A stretch of 63,113 nt of DNA, the filler included, from Choristocarpus tenellus KU-1152 (Eukaryota; Protista; Phaeophyceae), in assembly GCA_964200185.2 (NCBI GenBank). It is 12 parts of 12 records of this genome, joined end to end, with 100 filler letters (N's around TTAATTAATTAA, not from the genome) between each part and the next. Parts side by side here need not be neighbours in the genome. Positions count along the whole stretch, not along the records: positions 21,192 to 29,129 come from CAXNAD020005366.1; positions 29,230 to 36,175 come from CAXNAD020006997.1; positions 36,276 to 38,875 come from CAXNAD020026391.1; 9 more parts are not named here. One strand, given 5' to 3'. Under the pieces are notes generated by a model, which did no database searches, was not told the DNA's origin, and saw only the letters and a program-made list of their open reading frames with translations. The translations under genes and the position numbers were made by a program. How positions within the stretch are numbered: position 1 is the first letter of the stretch; each line of letters begins with the position of its first letter. Positions 26,601-38,601 of this stretch are shown in pieces.

Positions 26601-27460
26601 ATATCTAGTATACTAACATAATGCAGGTTGTTTTGCTGTTGATTGGTTATGAGATGAGTGTTAGAAGAGTTGTTTAGCGTACTGTGTGTTATGGGATTAG
26701 GTTAGCCACCGTACTATGATTTTGAGAACTACTTTTTTGTGGAATTTTCACTTTTATTCAACCTCATCTCTGGTGTCGTGGTAAGCAGAATGAGCTAACA
26801 TATTTTTTATTCTGAGATGAGGTATTCATAAATCGTGATTCCAATGAAAATAGTGTTTTTTGTGCATTCTTTGGCTACTTCACATTTGACAAGTTGATAT
26901 TTGTTTAGTGTTTATTTTGAATTTACTATGGAACTGAACTTGATTTCACACAGGGACTATTCCTGAAGCGCTCGGCAACCTGCCAGTCCTTGCTAAGCTA
27001 TCCCTGTTCAATAATCAGCTCAGTGGTAAGTTTCCTTTTTGGCGTACATTCAGCTTTTTCAAATGTCTTATTTCTGGCCTTTCCTGCTCGATAACTCAAA
27101 TGCCTTCCAACATGTCAGTTGTCTCTTGTAGCCTGTAAATTGTCAGATTGTTGTAATTTAGAACTGGTGAAATCCCTACGTTTGATATCTAGTATATTGC
27201 AATCATGCAGATTGTTTTGCTGTCCATTAGTGACAACAGAAGGATTGTTAAGAGAACAGTTAGTCAGAGCACTATATTTATCAACCTTTTTTTGGTCCAG
27301 TCGTCACTTATTTAACAACCTTGTCTCTGATGTTGTGGTAAGCAAAATGTGCCAACATGCTTGGTCCGTGTAAGCCTGTGAGATATTTCTTCATTTGTGA
27401 TTCCGATGTGAAACGGTTTCATAATTGCATGCCCAGGCCATTTCACGTTTGACTAATAGT
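23700..27460 (+). repeat. Tandem array of ~600-bp LRR exon+intron units
   Basis: Exon start spacings are 588, 636, 608, 623 and 586 bp. Introns share blocks: GTAAGTGTCTATTTGGACAT, GTGGAATTTTCA, GTTGTGGTAAGCAGAATGAG, GGAACTGAACTTGGTTCCTCACAG. Confidence 0.93.
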
Positions 27461-28919
27461 GTTCACTCTTGAATTTAACAAATTTTGTGACTTGCTCTGT
27501 TTCTGCTGAGCAATTAACATTTGTTTTCTGTTTTCTATAGTTTACTCTGATATTAGTGGAATATCCCATCATTTTTGTTTTGTGTCTGGTGTTCCAATTT
27601 GTGCTGTGCTTTTCCGACAAATTTCTAACTTGCCCTCCTGTGTGCTGGACTTGTTAAACATTTCATTGTTTCTTTTTTTGAGCCTTTTCCAATAGAATGT
27701 GATTGGCCATAGTAGGGTTGAGTTGCTTGATGTGGTGTGCTCTTTCTCAGTTGTTTTGACAATAAAATATTTTTGGCTTGTGACTACACCTTAACCTCCA
27801 ACTTTTTTTTTCCTGTTGTAATTGCTCAACATCTAATTTTTTAAATCAGATTTTTCAAAGGAGGCAGCCCTACGATTTCAAGCATGCAAGGACCTGAGAT
27901 TTACCGATTTCTCCTCTAACAATTGGGTGAATCCCCCAGCTGACGTTGTGGAAGGTGGTCTTGAGGCTATTGTTCGTTATCATGAGGCCATTGAACGCTC
28001 TGGGTCCATCAAATCTTACAGACTTAAGGTGGTTCTTGTTGGAGAGGTTTGTGCAGGCAAGACTAGCCTGGCCCGGAGTATGATGGCAGGCAAGCCTGAT
28101 TTGGCTGGAGCAGATCATCGTACTCGAGGGGTGGATATACATCCCTGGAAGCCCAACCTTGATGAGGTACTAGAGTTAGTGTTGTGGGACACTGGCGCAC
28201 ACAAGGAGTACGACTCTATGCGTCCTTTTTTGCTCACTTGGGGTGCTTTGTATCTTCTTGTGGTTGATCTCTACATTCTTTCCCAGAGTGAGTCAGACAG
28301 AGGCCTGAGTGTTTACAGGTGGCTTGATGCATTACTGTGCCGGGTGCCTGGCTGCTCTGTTCTTGTTGTTGGGACACATATTGACCTCATGGGGGGTGAG
28401 GATGAGGTTAAGGATGCTGTAAGTGAGCTTGAATGCTTGATTGGTCAACACTTGAAATCCAAAGGTGCTGAGATGGATCGGGTTGTTTCTAAGCAGCAGC
28501 AGGAGTGGAGTGAGGGTAAGATGGGGGAGATTCAACCAGTAGCAGATCTTCACATCTTAGGAGTGATGTCTGTCTCCTGTTACACAGGAGACAGGTTGGG
28601 TGCTGTTCGGGAGAAGATTGTGGATCTTGTGATGCGTGAACAAAGTCCTGGCTCAGAGAAAAATCGCCATTTTCCCTCTGTGGGTCAGGTTATCCCAATG
28701 TCATGGGCAAGGGCATCTGCTGTGATGGTTGCCCTGCGTGATGGATTGGACCCATTGATGGCAGGAAGCAAAACGAATGAAGTGTCACAATCCAAGAGTG
28801 AAGGTGAAAGCTTGCCATTTCTGCATTGGGAGGATGCTGTGAAGAAGTGGAAAGAGGTTTGGAATAAGAGTGACTGGCGAGATAATGTGGAAGATACTGA
28901 TGTCTCTGTGTATCTGAAG
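23913..28919 (+). CDS. LRR-ROC(-COR) GTPase of the ROCO family, partial
   Basis: Six 72-nt phase-1 LRR exons, all CAG|...G|GTAAG: 23913-23984, 24501-24572, 25137-25208, 25745-25816, 26368-26439, 26954-27025. They splice in frame to exon 27850-28919, which carries the ROC domain. 5' exon unresolved; 3' exons lie beyond the contig. Confidence 0.92.
27850..28919 (+). CDS. ROC GTPase exon with start of COR domain
   Basis: NNWVNPPADVVEGGLEAIVRY linker; P-loop KVVLVGEVCAGKTSL; RTRGVDI; LWDTGAH; VGTHID; VSC; FPSVGQVIPMSW. Acceptor AATCAG|AT, donor AAG|GTGGGT. Confidence 0.92.
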
Positions 28920-29229
28920 GTGGGTAACTGCTTTTTGGTGCGGTTGCTGAGTTCTGTGTCACTTTGAAGGATTACAAACTTAGCCAAAGGGTAGTCTACT
29001 AGTCTATACATAGAGATGCTACCTGATAGGCTCATCCACTTTGTTTTCATAGTGACGGGAATGAAGAGCTGATTGCAATTGAAAATGAGTGCACCCTTCA
29101 GTCATATATCTGTCCTCTGCCCACCTCCCNNNNNNNNNNNNNNNNNNNNNNNNNNNNNNNNNNNNNNNNNNNNTTAATTAATTAANNNNNNNNNNNNNNN
29201 NNNNNNNNNNNNNNNNNNNNNNNNNNNNN

Positions 29230-29336
29230 GTGCCGCAACATTAAAAAAAAAACATATGTGCACTTTCCGCACACCAATCCGCGTCTCGCTCATCCTCAAT
29301 AAAAAGCTCCATCCTCAATTTTGATGATCGGCTGTT
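29230..29336. mobile_element. Family C TIR end abutting a mariner copy
   Basis: CATCCTCAATAAAAAGCTCCATCCTCAATTTTGATGATCGGCTGTTA. Confidence 0.55.
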
Positions 29337-31184
29337 ACCCGAAGCTTTCCAAAACTACATTCCAGCACAGTATTTTGCCACATCCACCACGGCAATCGGG
29401 GGGAGCTTACCTACCTGCCTTCTCACCCTTTCCTTGCTAGGATGGGAAATTTTGAACACATTGTCACCCTTGGACCCCAGCACTTCACCGTAGACTGTGG
29501 AGGGGCTCTGAAAGATGTGCTCTAGTATCTCTCAGAACTATGCAATGAACACCTCTGCTGGGGCCTCCACCATCTCCTCTGCATTGGTCATCTCCATGTC
29601 TTCCTTCAGTTGCTGGATGGAATAAAAGAATCCCAGGTCGTTGATGTTAAGGTCAGGCGAGTTGTCTTGCTGAGTCTTGATGACAACGTCATCCCCCACC
29701 ACCTCCTCGATTGCCTCCATGATACCCTCCTTGGTGTGTGGCTTTGCCCTGTGAGTCAAAGTATCTTAGAGGGTAGAGCCGGGTCCATTTGGGGGTAAAA
29801 ATCCAAGGTCGCGATTTTGATGTAATTTTGGCTATCATGTTTGTTAACAAGTGTAAATATCCACCTTCTGGACACACCTTTTCATATCATATACATTTTG
29901 GCTACTCCTATACATTTTGGAGTAGGAAAATGTCATAAAAAGCTCCATGGGAAGCCAAGCGCCAAATGGACAAGCAGGGCAAAACTCATACCCTCTAAGA
30001 TACTTTCACTCCCGTCCTACTGTACCAAGATGGTGTGTCCTTCTGGTCTAGGCATACGGGCGGGCCTTGATTGCCGAGATGACATCCTCAATCATGACCT
30101 TCTTATACCTCTCCCCGTCGACCGTGGCTGGTACAAGCACCTTGGTGCCTTGGTGCGGTGTTTGCTGGAGTGCTGAGTGACCTCAGTGCCCACAATTAGC
30201 CAGATTCTGATTTTACCATTAACCACACCCTGTTGGAGAACTTTCTAGGGCGGGTCACCGCCACAAGGACACCACCTTTGTAATATGAAAATTAATCTGT
30301 GCCTGCGGGGGGTTGGGGGCGGTCCTGAATGGGGTGCAGATATACACCTTGCCCATCTTTGAGGATGTAAAACCACATCTCGTCCACATGCACCTAGTCA
30401 TACAGATTGTCAACTAATACCTCACTTCTCCCCCTCTTGTGCGTGTGGCTGATGGCGAAACCCACCCTGTTGACTTTCTATTAGTTTGAGAGGAGTGTCT
30501 TAATCCACCGCTTGACCTTCACCTTCTCGCACTAGCACACATCCCATAACAAGACAAGGGAGACCCCAGCTTTGGCCATCCATTTATGGAAGGATATATG
30601 CAGTGTATCGATGGGACATCTCGAACATCAAGGCTACTTGCACGGCAGCCACATCAACCCTTGCAACGCCGTACAAGGTCCATGCATTCACTCCTTGCCA
30701 TACTCCTTCAGATGACTGAACATGGTGTTTCAAAAAGTTTCTAAGTCTACCGTGATGACCACTTCCATCTCCGAAGGCATCCGAGTCTCGTGCCCTCTCG
30801 CCTCCAGGCATGCATTACCATGTTATTCTTCATTGGAGTGTTTGAGCCCTGACCCCGGACAGACTTCTGGGCCAAAGAATTGGGACCAACAGGTGATGAC
30901 CTGATGATCAAGCTGCTCGATCAATGAGGCCTTCATCCAAGGCATTCCAACAAAGACCCATTTTGACAGTCTCACAAGGTTTTTGAGCCCTATCAAGTGC
31001 AACTTGGTCAACTTCGTAGTGGTGATCCTCCACAGCCATGACAGTCCACGATCTCAAACTTTGCACGACATCCGATCAATACGAGAATCAAGCCTCATCT
31101 AGAAGGTTTTTCATGCGGATCTTTCCCAGGCAAGAATGGAGCACTTCCAAAAGTTATGTTACATTTAATTCCAAAAGGAGGAAG
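29337..31184 (-). mobile_element. Decayed mariner element (DD37D subfamily) with MITE insertion
   Basis: TIR (minus strand) CTTCCTCCTTTTGGAATTAAATGTAACATAACTTTTG flanked by TA; transposase pieces HVDEMWFY and AKPHTKEG..NSPDLNINDLGFFYSIQQLK; collinear with 61395-63093. Confidence 0.88.
29753..30011. mobile_element. MITE family A in mariner catalytic region, 4-bp TSD C(C/T)GT
   Basis: Removing it restores GCTTTGCCCCGTCCT, matching the uninterrupted paralog near 62520. Confidence 0.9.
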
Positions 31185-31498
31185 TATGTTTTATTGGTAC
31201 TGCTTATTGTATAAACCTGTACCTCTAGCCACTAGCACCGTTGTCTGATATGTGACTGAATCAAAGTGTTAAAAGGATAGATAAGTGACGCTCAATTTGT
31301 TGTGAGGAAGAAATAAGAGTGTATCCCTACTAATCTGAACCCAAGGGAATAATTTTGTACTATCAAAAGAGAGCAGGAAATTCAATGCCTTGCAAATACA
31401 CAAGCCCTCTGTCACCACAAAATTCCACTCAATGCCACAGCAGTACACAAAGAAAAGACAAGGTCTGTAATAATAATGACTAGTTGCAGTAACAGGTA

Positions 31499-31536
<38 letters not shown>

Positions 31537-31560
31537 CATACAGTTAGTCAGCAGTAAGTA

Positions 31561-31848
31561 GGCTCAAAGTATCTGGGGAGGGTGGCGGCTGTCCATTTGG
31601 ATCAATTTGTTCATGTCTTGATTTTTAGGTGATTTGGTTCTATACGTTGGATTGATGATGAAAGTGCACTTTTCCTGGTTTTGGTCCAACTGGACAATCT
31701 GGTGTAGACCCGCCACCCGCGCGCCGCAACCCCCCCCCCCCCGGCAGGTGGTAGAGCTTGAAAGANNNNNNNNNNCCTTTTCTTGGTTTTGGTCCAACTG
31801 GAAAAACTGGGGGCGCCCCCCCCCCCCCCCCCCCAGATACTTTGGGTC
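31561..31848. mobile_element. MITE family B (spans 10-N gap), TSD AGTA
   Basis: GGCTCAAAGTATCTGGGG ... CCCAGATACTTTGGGTC, flanked by AGTA/AGTA. Confidence 0.82.
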
Positions 31849-33337
31849 AGTATGGCACACATATATATATATTATATATATATATATATTTGAGCTGTGA
31901 TGTAATGTGACTGTGAATGATTAACTTTAAACAAGATTGCTCTCACTACATTCATCTCTGTTTCATAGTCAGGGAAAGAGGAAGGAGCATGTTCTCATGC
32001 ATGTCACCTTACAGAGAGATACAATGCCTACCTGATTGAATCTAGAGGGGAAAACCCTCATATACCTGCACTATGGTATTTTCTGCCAACAACAAGCCAA
32101 CATAAACAGAGGGGTGAAATAATGCAAAATAGCAGGGTATGTAGTGTAGAACATACAAAGAGAACAATTGTGTAATTGAAACCATCTTAAGTTTGAGGGA
32201 GAGGACCTTCAGCTGGTTGTGTATCTTTTGGGTCTGATTTGGAGGGGGGAACATAACAATATTGTAGCACAACTCTCAATTTCACTTGAGGATTTGCTCT
32301 CCAGAATGAAATTTGTTATCCCAATGTGAAGGTGTTCACCAGAAAGTATTCTGGAGATGAACCAGGGGACATGCATTCATTGCTTTGGAAAAATTATGCT
32401 GGTATCTTCAGGGCATGGCACGTCCATGCTCTTAAATTTGCTCAATTCCAATAACGATGAAATCCTGTGATCAACAGTGACTAGCGGTCTGTCGGACATG
32501 TTCAAAGTCCACTACTCCTGGTTGTGACGAGAACTCTTGCGCTGCAGGTCTATAACATAAAGTCTCAATGGGGAGGGAGTCTCGCATTCGAGTTCCTAGA
32601 GCACGAAGCGTACTATTGCCTTATGTTAGGTCATCTAGGACTAAATGGTATGCCATTCAACAGTTGGTGAAGTCATCTCTGGATATGTATGAGCGTGCTC
32701 TTGTAAGGGAGCACTTCTTTTGAGTACCTGGTGAGATTAGTGTTGAAGACAACAGAACTTGATGTGAGCTGTGACCCTAAACACAAAGAAAAAAAGGGAC
32801 CTAAAGGTAGGTCAGAGGCCAGTTCAGGTCACAAGGGCAGCTGTAATGTTCTGAAGGTGACAGCAAAAGTCAAAAAGGTTCAAAATACGAAGTAAAAGGT
32901 AATGGTTGACAAACTCACTCAACACAAGCACAGGACATGGATGTGTAAGAGTCAGCTGGAAAGGGAGAGGTATGCAGTTGGGGAACAATGTGCTTCATGT
33001 GAAGGAAAACTTGCTCATTCAAATGTCTCGATCAGGTTTTCATCTTTCAAAGACAATGGGATGTCATGCATAGTGTTGCTGCAAATGAATTTTCAATTGA
33101 AGGAACAAAAGCTTGTGTTGTGTAGGAATGCAAGATGTCCTTGACAGAATTGTTTGCTTCCCTTCAGATATCAAGTTCTGAAAATAAGAAAATTATGGCA
33201 GCGTGAACGTTGTGCAGAATTTGTGATTTATTAACACTACCTCTCCCTCACAAAGGTTTTTCGAGGGAGTCTACTTCAACCACCTTTCATCACTATACAC
33301 CTGAAATGTACACGACTCAAACTATGTGCCAATGGTG

Positions 33338-34627
33338 CTACTCTTTGCTTTTTCCTGCTTGCCATGTCTTTATGTAATTAGAAATTCTTTCCTCAGCAGG
33401 CTCATACGAGTTACCTTTAGGTACAGAGGCAGGGTATGGCTTCTTGTGGAGCCACATTTGAGCTATCCACTTAGTTTTGGTGTTGTGCCCCAAGGCTACA
33501 ACCTCTCCAGCATGAAGAGTTCGGACATCAAATGGACAGCCAGGTTCACCACCATAGGATGGGAAAAACAGTAATGCGGTGCCTTTACGTGGCCGGACAC
33601 GAAGTGGACCCAAATCTCTGAATGCTGTGGCACCACCACTCTTCTCGCCAAGGTCAGTGAGGTAAACCTGTGGGCACATGGAATGAGAGTGATGGAGAGG
33701 CGATCATCAATACTTCTAAAGCAGTAAAAGCAGTAATGATGAGCAATTTGTATTTACGATTGCACATCGTTCACCTACCAAAATAGTTGCTGTGCGCTGC
33801 CCCCCCTTAGAAGCTCCTGTCTCCATTGGTGGCAACGCATCCAGATGCCAGCTAAACTTCTCTCCTGGTCGGTACCTCACCGTCTGGGGTTCTTCCCAAT
33901 GACGCAGATATTTTACACCCAGCAGTGTCGACGCCTTGGCCAGTAGCTCGGGAACTGCGGCATAGTGGTGAAACCATGTCGTAGAGGTTCGCTGTTGCTG
34001 AAACTGGGTCTGGGAATTGATAGTGGCACTGCCAACGACAGTAGGACGCAAGTTATCATCTATCTTCTCCTTTACGTTGCCTCTAGCCTTTCGGGTCCGA
34101 GGAGCATCGGGGTCAACAGACATAGCAATATAATTATCACATTCTTCATTCGTGAAGAAATTTTCTATCTCTAGGACCACGGGGTCAGCATGAAGGAGGC
34201 GCATTCCAGGAAAAGTGTCAGCCGATGCATCGAAGTCTAGAAAACCGTGCTTCTCCCTGATCTGCTGCAGAACCTCGGAAGGAAACGGCGCCTCGGCGAT
34301 GGGTCTCCCACCAGATGGAAGGCCATATTTCTCCACACCCACCAGGGTGCTCTGTACGTCAGGGGAAAGAGGAGGGAAGCGAGCGAAGTCGTCTTCAGGG
34401 AGAGCCCCCCCATCTGGAGAGGGTGGTATACTGGATGACTTGCTGGGTATGGTAGACGAATTCTTCTTCCTTTTCAGCGAATCTCCTTTCCGTGTACTGG
34501 ATTTATCAAATCCTGTAGCTTGCAATGCCGTGCTCCATCTGCAGTGTACTAGTTGGTGCAAAGCAGTGCCAGGTACCACCAGCCAACCAGCAAAACCTAT
34601 TGCAAGGATGCTCCACAATCGTGTCAT
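33338..34627 (-). CDS. Prolyl 4-hydroxylase-like 2OG-Fe(II) oxygenase, two exons, N-terminal signal peptide
   Basis: Exons 34627-33779 and 33667-33338, 111-nt GT-AG intron, phase 0. Motifs IENFFTNEECD, RTSTTWF, EEPQTVRYRPGEKFSWHLDA, QRTATILVYLTD..GGATAF, RPRKGTALLFFP, DVRTLHAGE, KWIAQMW. Confidence 0.93.
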
Positions 34628-35838
34628 CGCTTCTGTCCGAAAATGGATGCGTCGAAGAAAAAATACCAGGCACACTCCCTTACAATCTTTTGGGGTTGGA
34701 ACTAAACTCGTAGGGGTCTTCCAAGGAGCTAAGGTCTTGTCACTATTTGTATGTCATACACACCAACCTACATGTTTTAGGAATGGGGTAAAGTATAATT
34801 ATTGAGTTGGGTTGGTGTAGTTAAGACAAAGGTAGAATAGAGTAGTTGAACTTGATCTCGCGCGTTGCGCGCCCCTCGACCTTTTCAATTCCTAATCAAA
34901 AAGTAGTTACCATGAAATTCAATCTTGATTTTAATAGCAGTAGTACTATTTAGAAGTTGAATAATACGACAACAATGCCGTACCAACACATATTGAAGTT
35001 CTCACACTCTTCTACAGATTCTTCTGGTACAACCATAGATTAGATACCGATGTGCCGTCAACGACATTATAGGGGTGACTGAAGACAAACGTAACAAGAA
35101 AAATACCACATGACGGTTACTTTGACCCCTTGACTGCCCACTTACGAGGTCTTGCCTTGTCTGCCACCCTTCACCACTATTTCGATATGTAGAAGAGACA
35201 GGTATCGGAATATGAAAGTATCAATGTTTGTTGCTGATACACCTTGAACGCCACAAATCCATCACCACCTCGTGACTCTGGATCTTACAGGGTTTCAGTT
35301 TGCAGGTTAATGTTTGGTTTATCACGTTGGTGTGTGTGTGATGTTAATTTGGTTGTTTGGCTTGGTGGAGTGGATCGCATTATACGATAATATGTTTAGG
35401 GTTTCGACAAATACTGGAACGTATTCCCAGCAACGGTTGAGGTCCAGTCAAACACCCATGTCTGTCTACCAAACGGTTGAGAAATCCCAATCGTGACCCA
35501 CCACCTGACGCCTTTGCTGGACACCCCCTTCTCGTAGAAGTCACCACCTTCTTGGTTGAGATCTCAATTGTGGAACTTCCCCTCGCCATGCAGTACTCCC
35601 TCTACCAAACTTATCCTTCCTCAAGTCTCTAACTCTCTCCATACCCAAACCCACCTGCAAGCCCATCCCCACCCTGTACCAACTCCAACCTTCCCCTTCC
35701 CATGTCATCCCCCTTTCTCCTACCCTCATCTTCAATCTGAAAGTTCTCCCTCACCCTTCTCCCTGAACCACCGTTCGCCTCCCATAATATAAACCCTAAC
35801 TCAAACCCATAAAACTGATCCTAAAGCTACCCCCAACT

Positions 35839-35910
35839 CTAACCCTAACCCTAACCCTAACCCTAACCCTAACCCTAACCCTAACCCTAACCCTAACCCT
35901 AACCCTAACC
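35839..35910. repeat. Interstitial telomeric repeat (CTAACC)12
   Basis: Perfect hexamer tract with non-telomeric sequence on both sides. Confidence 0.92.
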
Positions 35911-35976
35911 CCACCTTCAATGTTATTGTTATTGTATTGAAATATAATAATAATCATTTTCACTATATCTTACAAA

Positions 35977-36152
35977 GACTCGAAGTATCTGGGGAGGGGG
36001 GGCTCTACACCAGGGTGTCCATTTGGGTCCTAACCAGGAGAAGTGAATTTACATCATCCATCTAACGCATGTAACCAAATCACCCAAAAATCACGACATG
36101 GAAAAATGGACCCCGAATGGACAGCCGCCACCCCCCCCAGATACCTTGAACC
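35977..36152. mobile_element. MITE family B, full length, TSD AAA
   Basis: GACTCGAAGTATCTGGGG ... CCCAGATACCTTGAACC. Confidence 0.85.
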
Positions 36153-36275
36153 AAAAATGTATTATATCTAATAATNNNNNNNNNNNNNNNNNNNNNNNNN
36201 NNNNNNNNNNNNNNNNNNNTTAATTAATTAANNNNNNNNNNNNNNNNNNNNNNNNNNNNNNNNNNNNNNNNNNNN

Positions 36276-36370
36276 CTAACAAACACGATAGCCAAAATTC
36301 AATCAAATTCACAACATTGTATTTTGACCCCCAAACGGACGCGGCTCTACCCTCTAAGATACTTTGGCTG
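36276..36370. mobile_element. MITE family A, right part, inserted in mariner
   Basis: ACGGACGCGGCTCTACCCTCTAAGATACTTTGGCT. Confidence 0.85.
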
Positions 36371-36916
36371 GTGACCAAAGCTGGGGTCACCCTTGTCTTG
36401 TTGTGCGATCAGTGCAAGCACGAGAAGGTGAAGGTCAAGCGGTGGATTGAGCCAGCCCTCTCAGAACAGCAGAAAATCAACAGGGTGGGTTTCATCATCA
36501 GCCACATGCGCAGGAGGAGGGGAAATGGGTTATTAGTGGATGGTCTGTATGACTGGGTGCATGTGGACGAGAACCGTTTTTACATCCTCAACGATGGGCA
36601 AAGTGTGTACTTGCACCCCACTGAGGACCCACCCAACCCCCACAGGCACAGAATAGGCGTTACATCACAAAAGTAATGCTACTTTCAGCTGTGGCCCGCC
36701 CTATGAAGCTCTCCAATGGGGTGTGGTTCAATAGGAAATCAGGATCTGGCCAATTGTGGACATTAGGGTAGCTCAGTGCTCCAGCAAACACCACCCCAGT
36801 GGTACGAAAGTGTTTGTGCCAGCCACGATGGACGGGGAGAGGTTTAATAAGCTCATGATCGAGGATGCCATCCAAGCAATCACACCCGCGTGCCTAGACT
36901 AGAAGTACACACCACC
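36371..36916 (+). mobile_element. Mariner (DD37D subfamily) transposase fragment
   Basis: KVKVKRWIEPALSEQQKINRVGF..YDWVHVDENRFYILNDG; collinear with 62000-62515; breaks where the next element begins. Confidence 0.85.
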
Positions 36917-38601
36917 TTAACCTCTGTGCCATAAGTTTGTGCCATGAAACATCTTTGCTTGCCGAATGAGAATGGCGCCGAATCAGATGATATCTCCACA
37001 TAATGAAATCGGGTTGACAATATGAGCTTTCAGAAAAGGTTGGGGTCGAGGATCGTCCGGAACAAACTCCAGGTGCTTCAAGCCGCCAAAGTAGGGGTCT
37101 TTTGGGGTGATTTTGAGGGCAGAACTGGGCATGTTGAGAGTCAGAACGTCACCATGGCAACCCCCCCATCGACCCCCTGCGTAGGAAGGGTGCCCAAGTG
37201 TCCCTGAATACCAGGGTTGCGCTTGCAGTGTGGCACACTCTCGCGATGGCCCCTGGTGACCATAAACTGCCGTGATACGTTGGGCCAGCCCTGGCAGCGG
37301 AGTTTGGAGTGTCCAAGCGTTACATCTGAGGGCTCTGGGAGGACGTTGCTCATCAGCTCGCCCGTGGCCACACGCTTGACCTAGGGTTGGCGGCACATAG
37401 TGGGTGGCCTTTGGAGCTCACACCGACCAAGATGGCCGCAATACATAGTACCAACTCTGGTAATCGGTCATCTACAATGCGTCAGGTGACAATGAAGATG
37501 GCTACCAAGGAGCTGAATTATAGCATGAGCACCATAAACAGGTTGTTGGATGATATGGGGACCATGCCGAATCACCGCTGGATCAAACCCAAGGTTAAAT
37601 CATGGCAAAAGGTATGGAGAATGGACTTTGTTTGCGATCAAGTGGACCGGAAACGTGGTGTGTATGCCTCCATGGCGAACACGATCCATGTGGATGAAAC
37701 CTGGTTTTACGTGATGGCTAATGGGGAAAGGGTTAGGGTATTTCCGCATGAGGATGATAAAGGCCTTCTAGGGTACCCTACTGTGCAGCACAAGAGTCAT
37801 ATCCCCAAAACCATGATCATTGCAGCGCCAACGCCCGCCCAGATTCGGCTCACAGCTTTGATGGAAAGCTTGGTGTTTGGCGTGTGCGTGCGTGAAAAAT
37901 GGCAGACAGGACAAGCAAGAACTATAAAAGGGGGGATGTGTATGAGCAGGACTGTACTTTATACCATTTGTGGCACAGGAGATGGTACACGGAGGAGTTA
38001 CTGCTTGCAATCAAGACCAAGATGCCTTGGTCACATTGTTGTTCAGCAAGATGGTGCCACCCCCCACAAGGGCAAGGGCAACTCAGAAATCTTGTCAGGG
38101 GCAAGGAAGACTGAGGGGTGGTCGATTAGGCTTGTGATGCAGCCATCTAACTACCCTGACCTCAATATCATGGACCTGTGCTTCTTCAGGTTTTTGGAAT
38201 GTCGGGTGATGGGGGAGCGGTGTGAGTCAGTCAAGGAGATGGCGAAGTTCATTAAGAAACAGTATGAGGAGTATGATGAAATCACACTTGAGAGGGCTTG
38301 GCAGCTCCTTTTTGTGGTGTATAATCAAGTACTTAGGTACAAAGGGGGGAATGACTTCAGTGTGGAGCACTCAGGGGTAAGGAAGAGGCAGTTGTCTCGT
38401 GAGCTTGAAAACATGCCAAAGGTAGACATGGAGGCTTTTTCTGTGGCTGATAAAATTGTGATGGATGGGGAGTAATAATGCTAAAAAGAGCTGAGCCTAA
38501 CCAGAATTTCGTCAAGGATTCCAAATCTTCTTTCACAATGAATTTTATCGACATCTTCAAAAGTTACGGATAATGTGGACAGACTTATGGCACGGAGGTA
38601 G
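36917..38601 (+). mobile_element. Near full-length mariner element (DD40D), transposase ORF 37387-38475 with an internal compensated frameshift
   Basis: TIRs CCTCTGTGCCATAAGTTTGT ... ACAGACTTATGGCACGGAGGTAG|TA. IHVDETWFY, QQDGATPH, 40 residues to the D of NIMDLCFF. The middle segment (ADRTSKNYKRG) reads in another frame. Confidence 0.9.

Noticed and set aside
23913-27025. CRISPR-like array
   Set aside because: Units are ~600 bp with spliceosomal exon boundaries and homologous introns; no short repeat-spacer structure and no cas genes.
29751-30011. MITE A as an Introner because several copies start with GTGAG
   Set aside because: The GT belongs to the TSD or flank, the element starts at GAG, there is no terminal AG, and copies are not in exons.
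29130-31184. Mariner transposase as the recombinase for the neighbouring ROCO array
   Set aside because: It lies on a different contig across an artificial spacer and is inactivated; no TIR or RSS-like inverted signals were seen around the LRR exons.
34215-34805. 196-aa plus-strand ORF
   Set aside because: Antisense shadow of the P4H-like exon with no motif of its own.
35839-35910. True chromosome end
   Set aside because: Only 12 units, with non-telomeric sequence on both sides within the contig.
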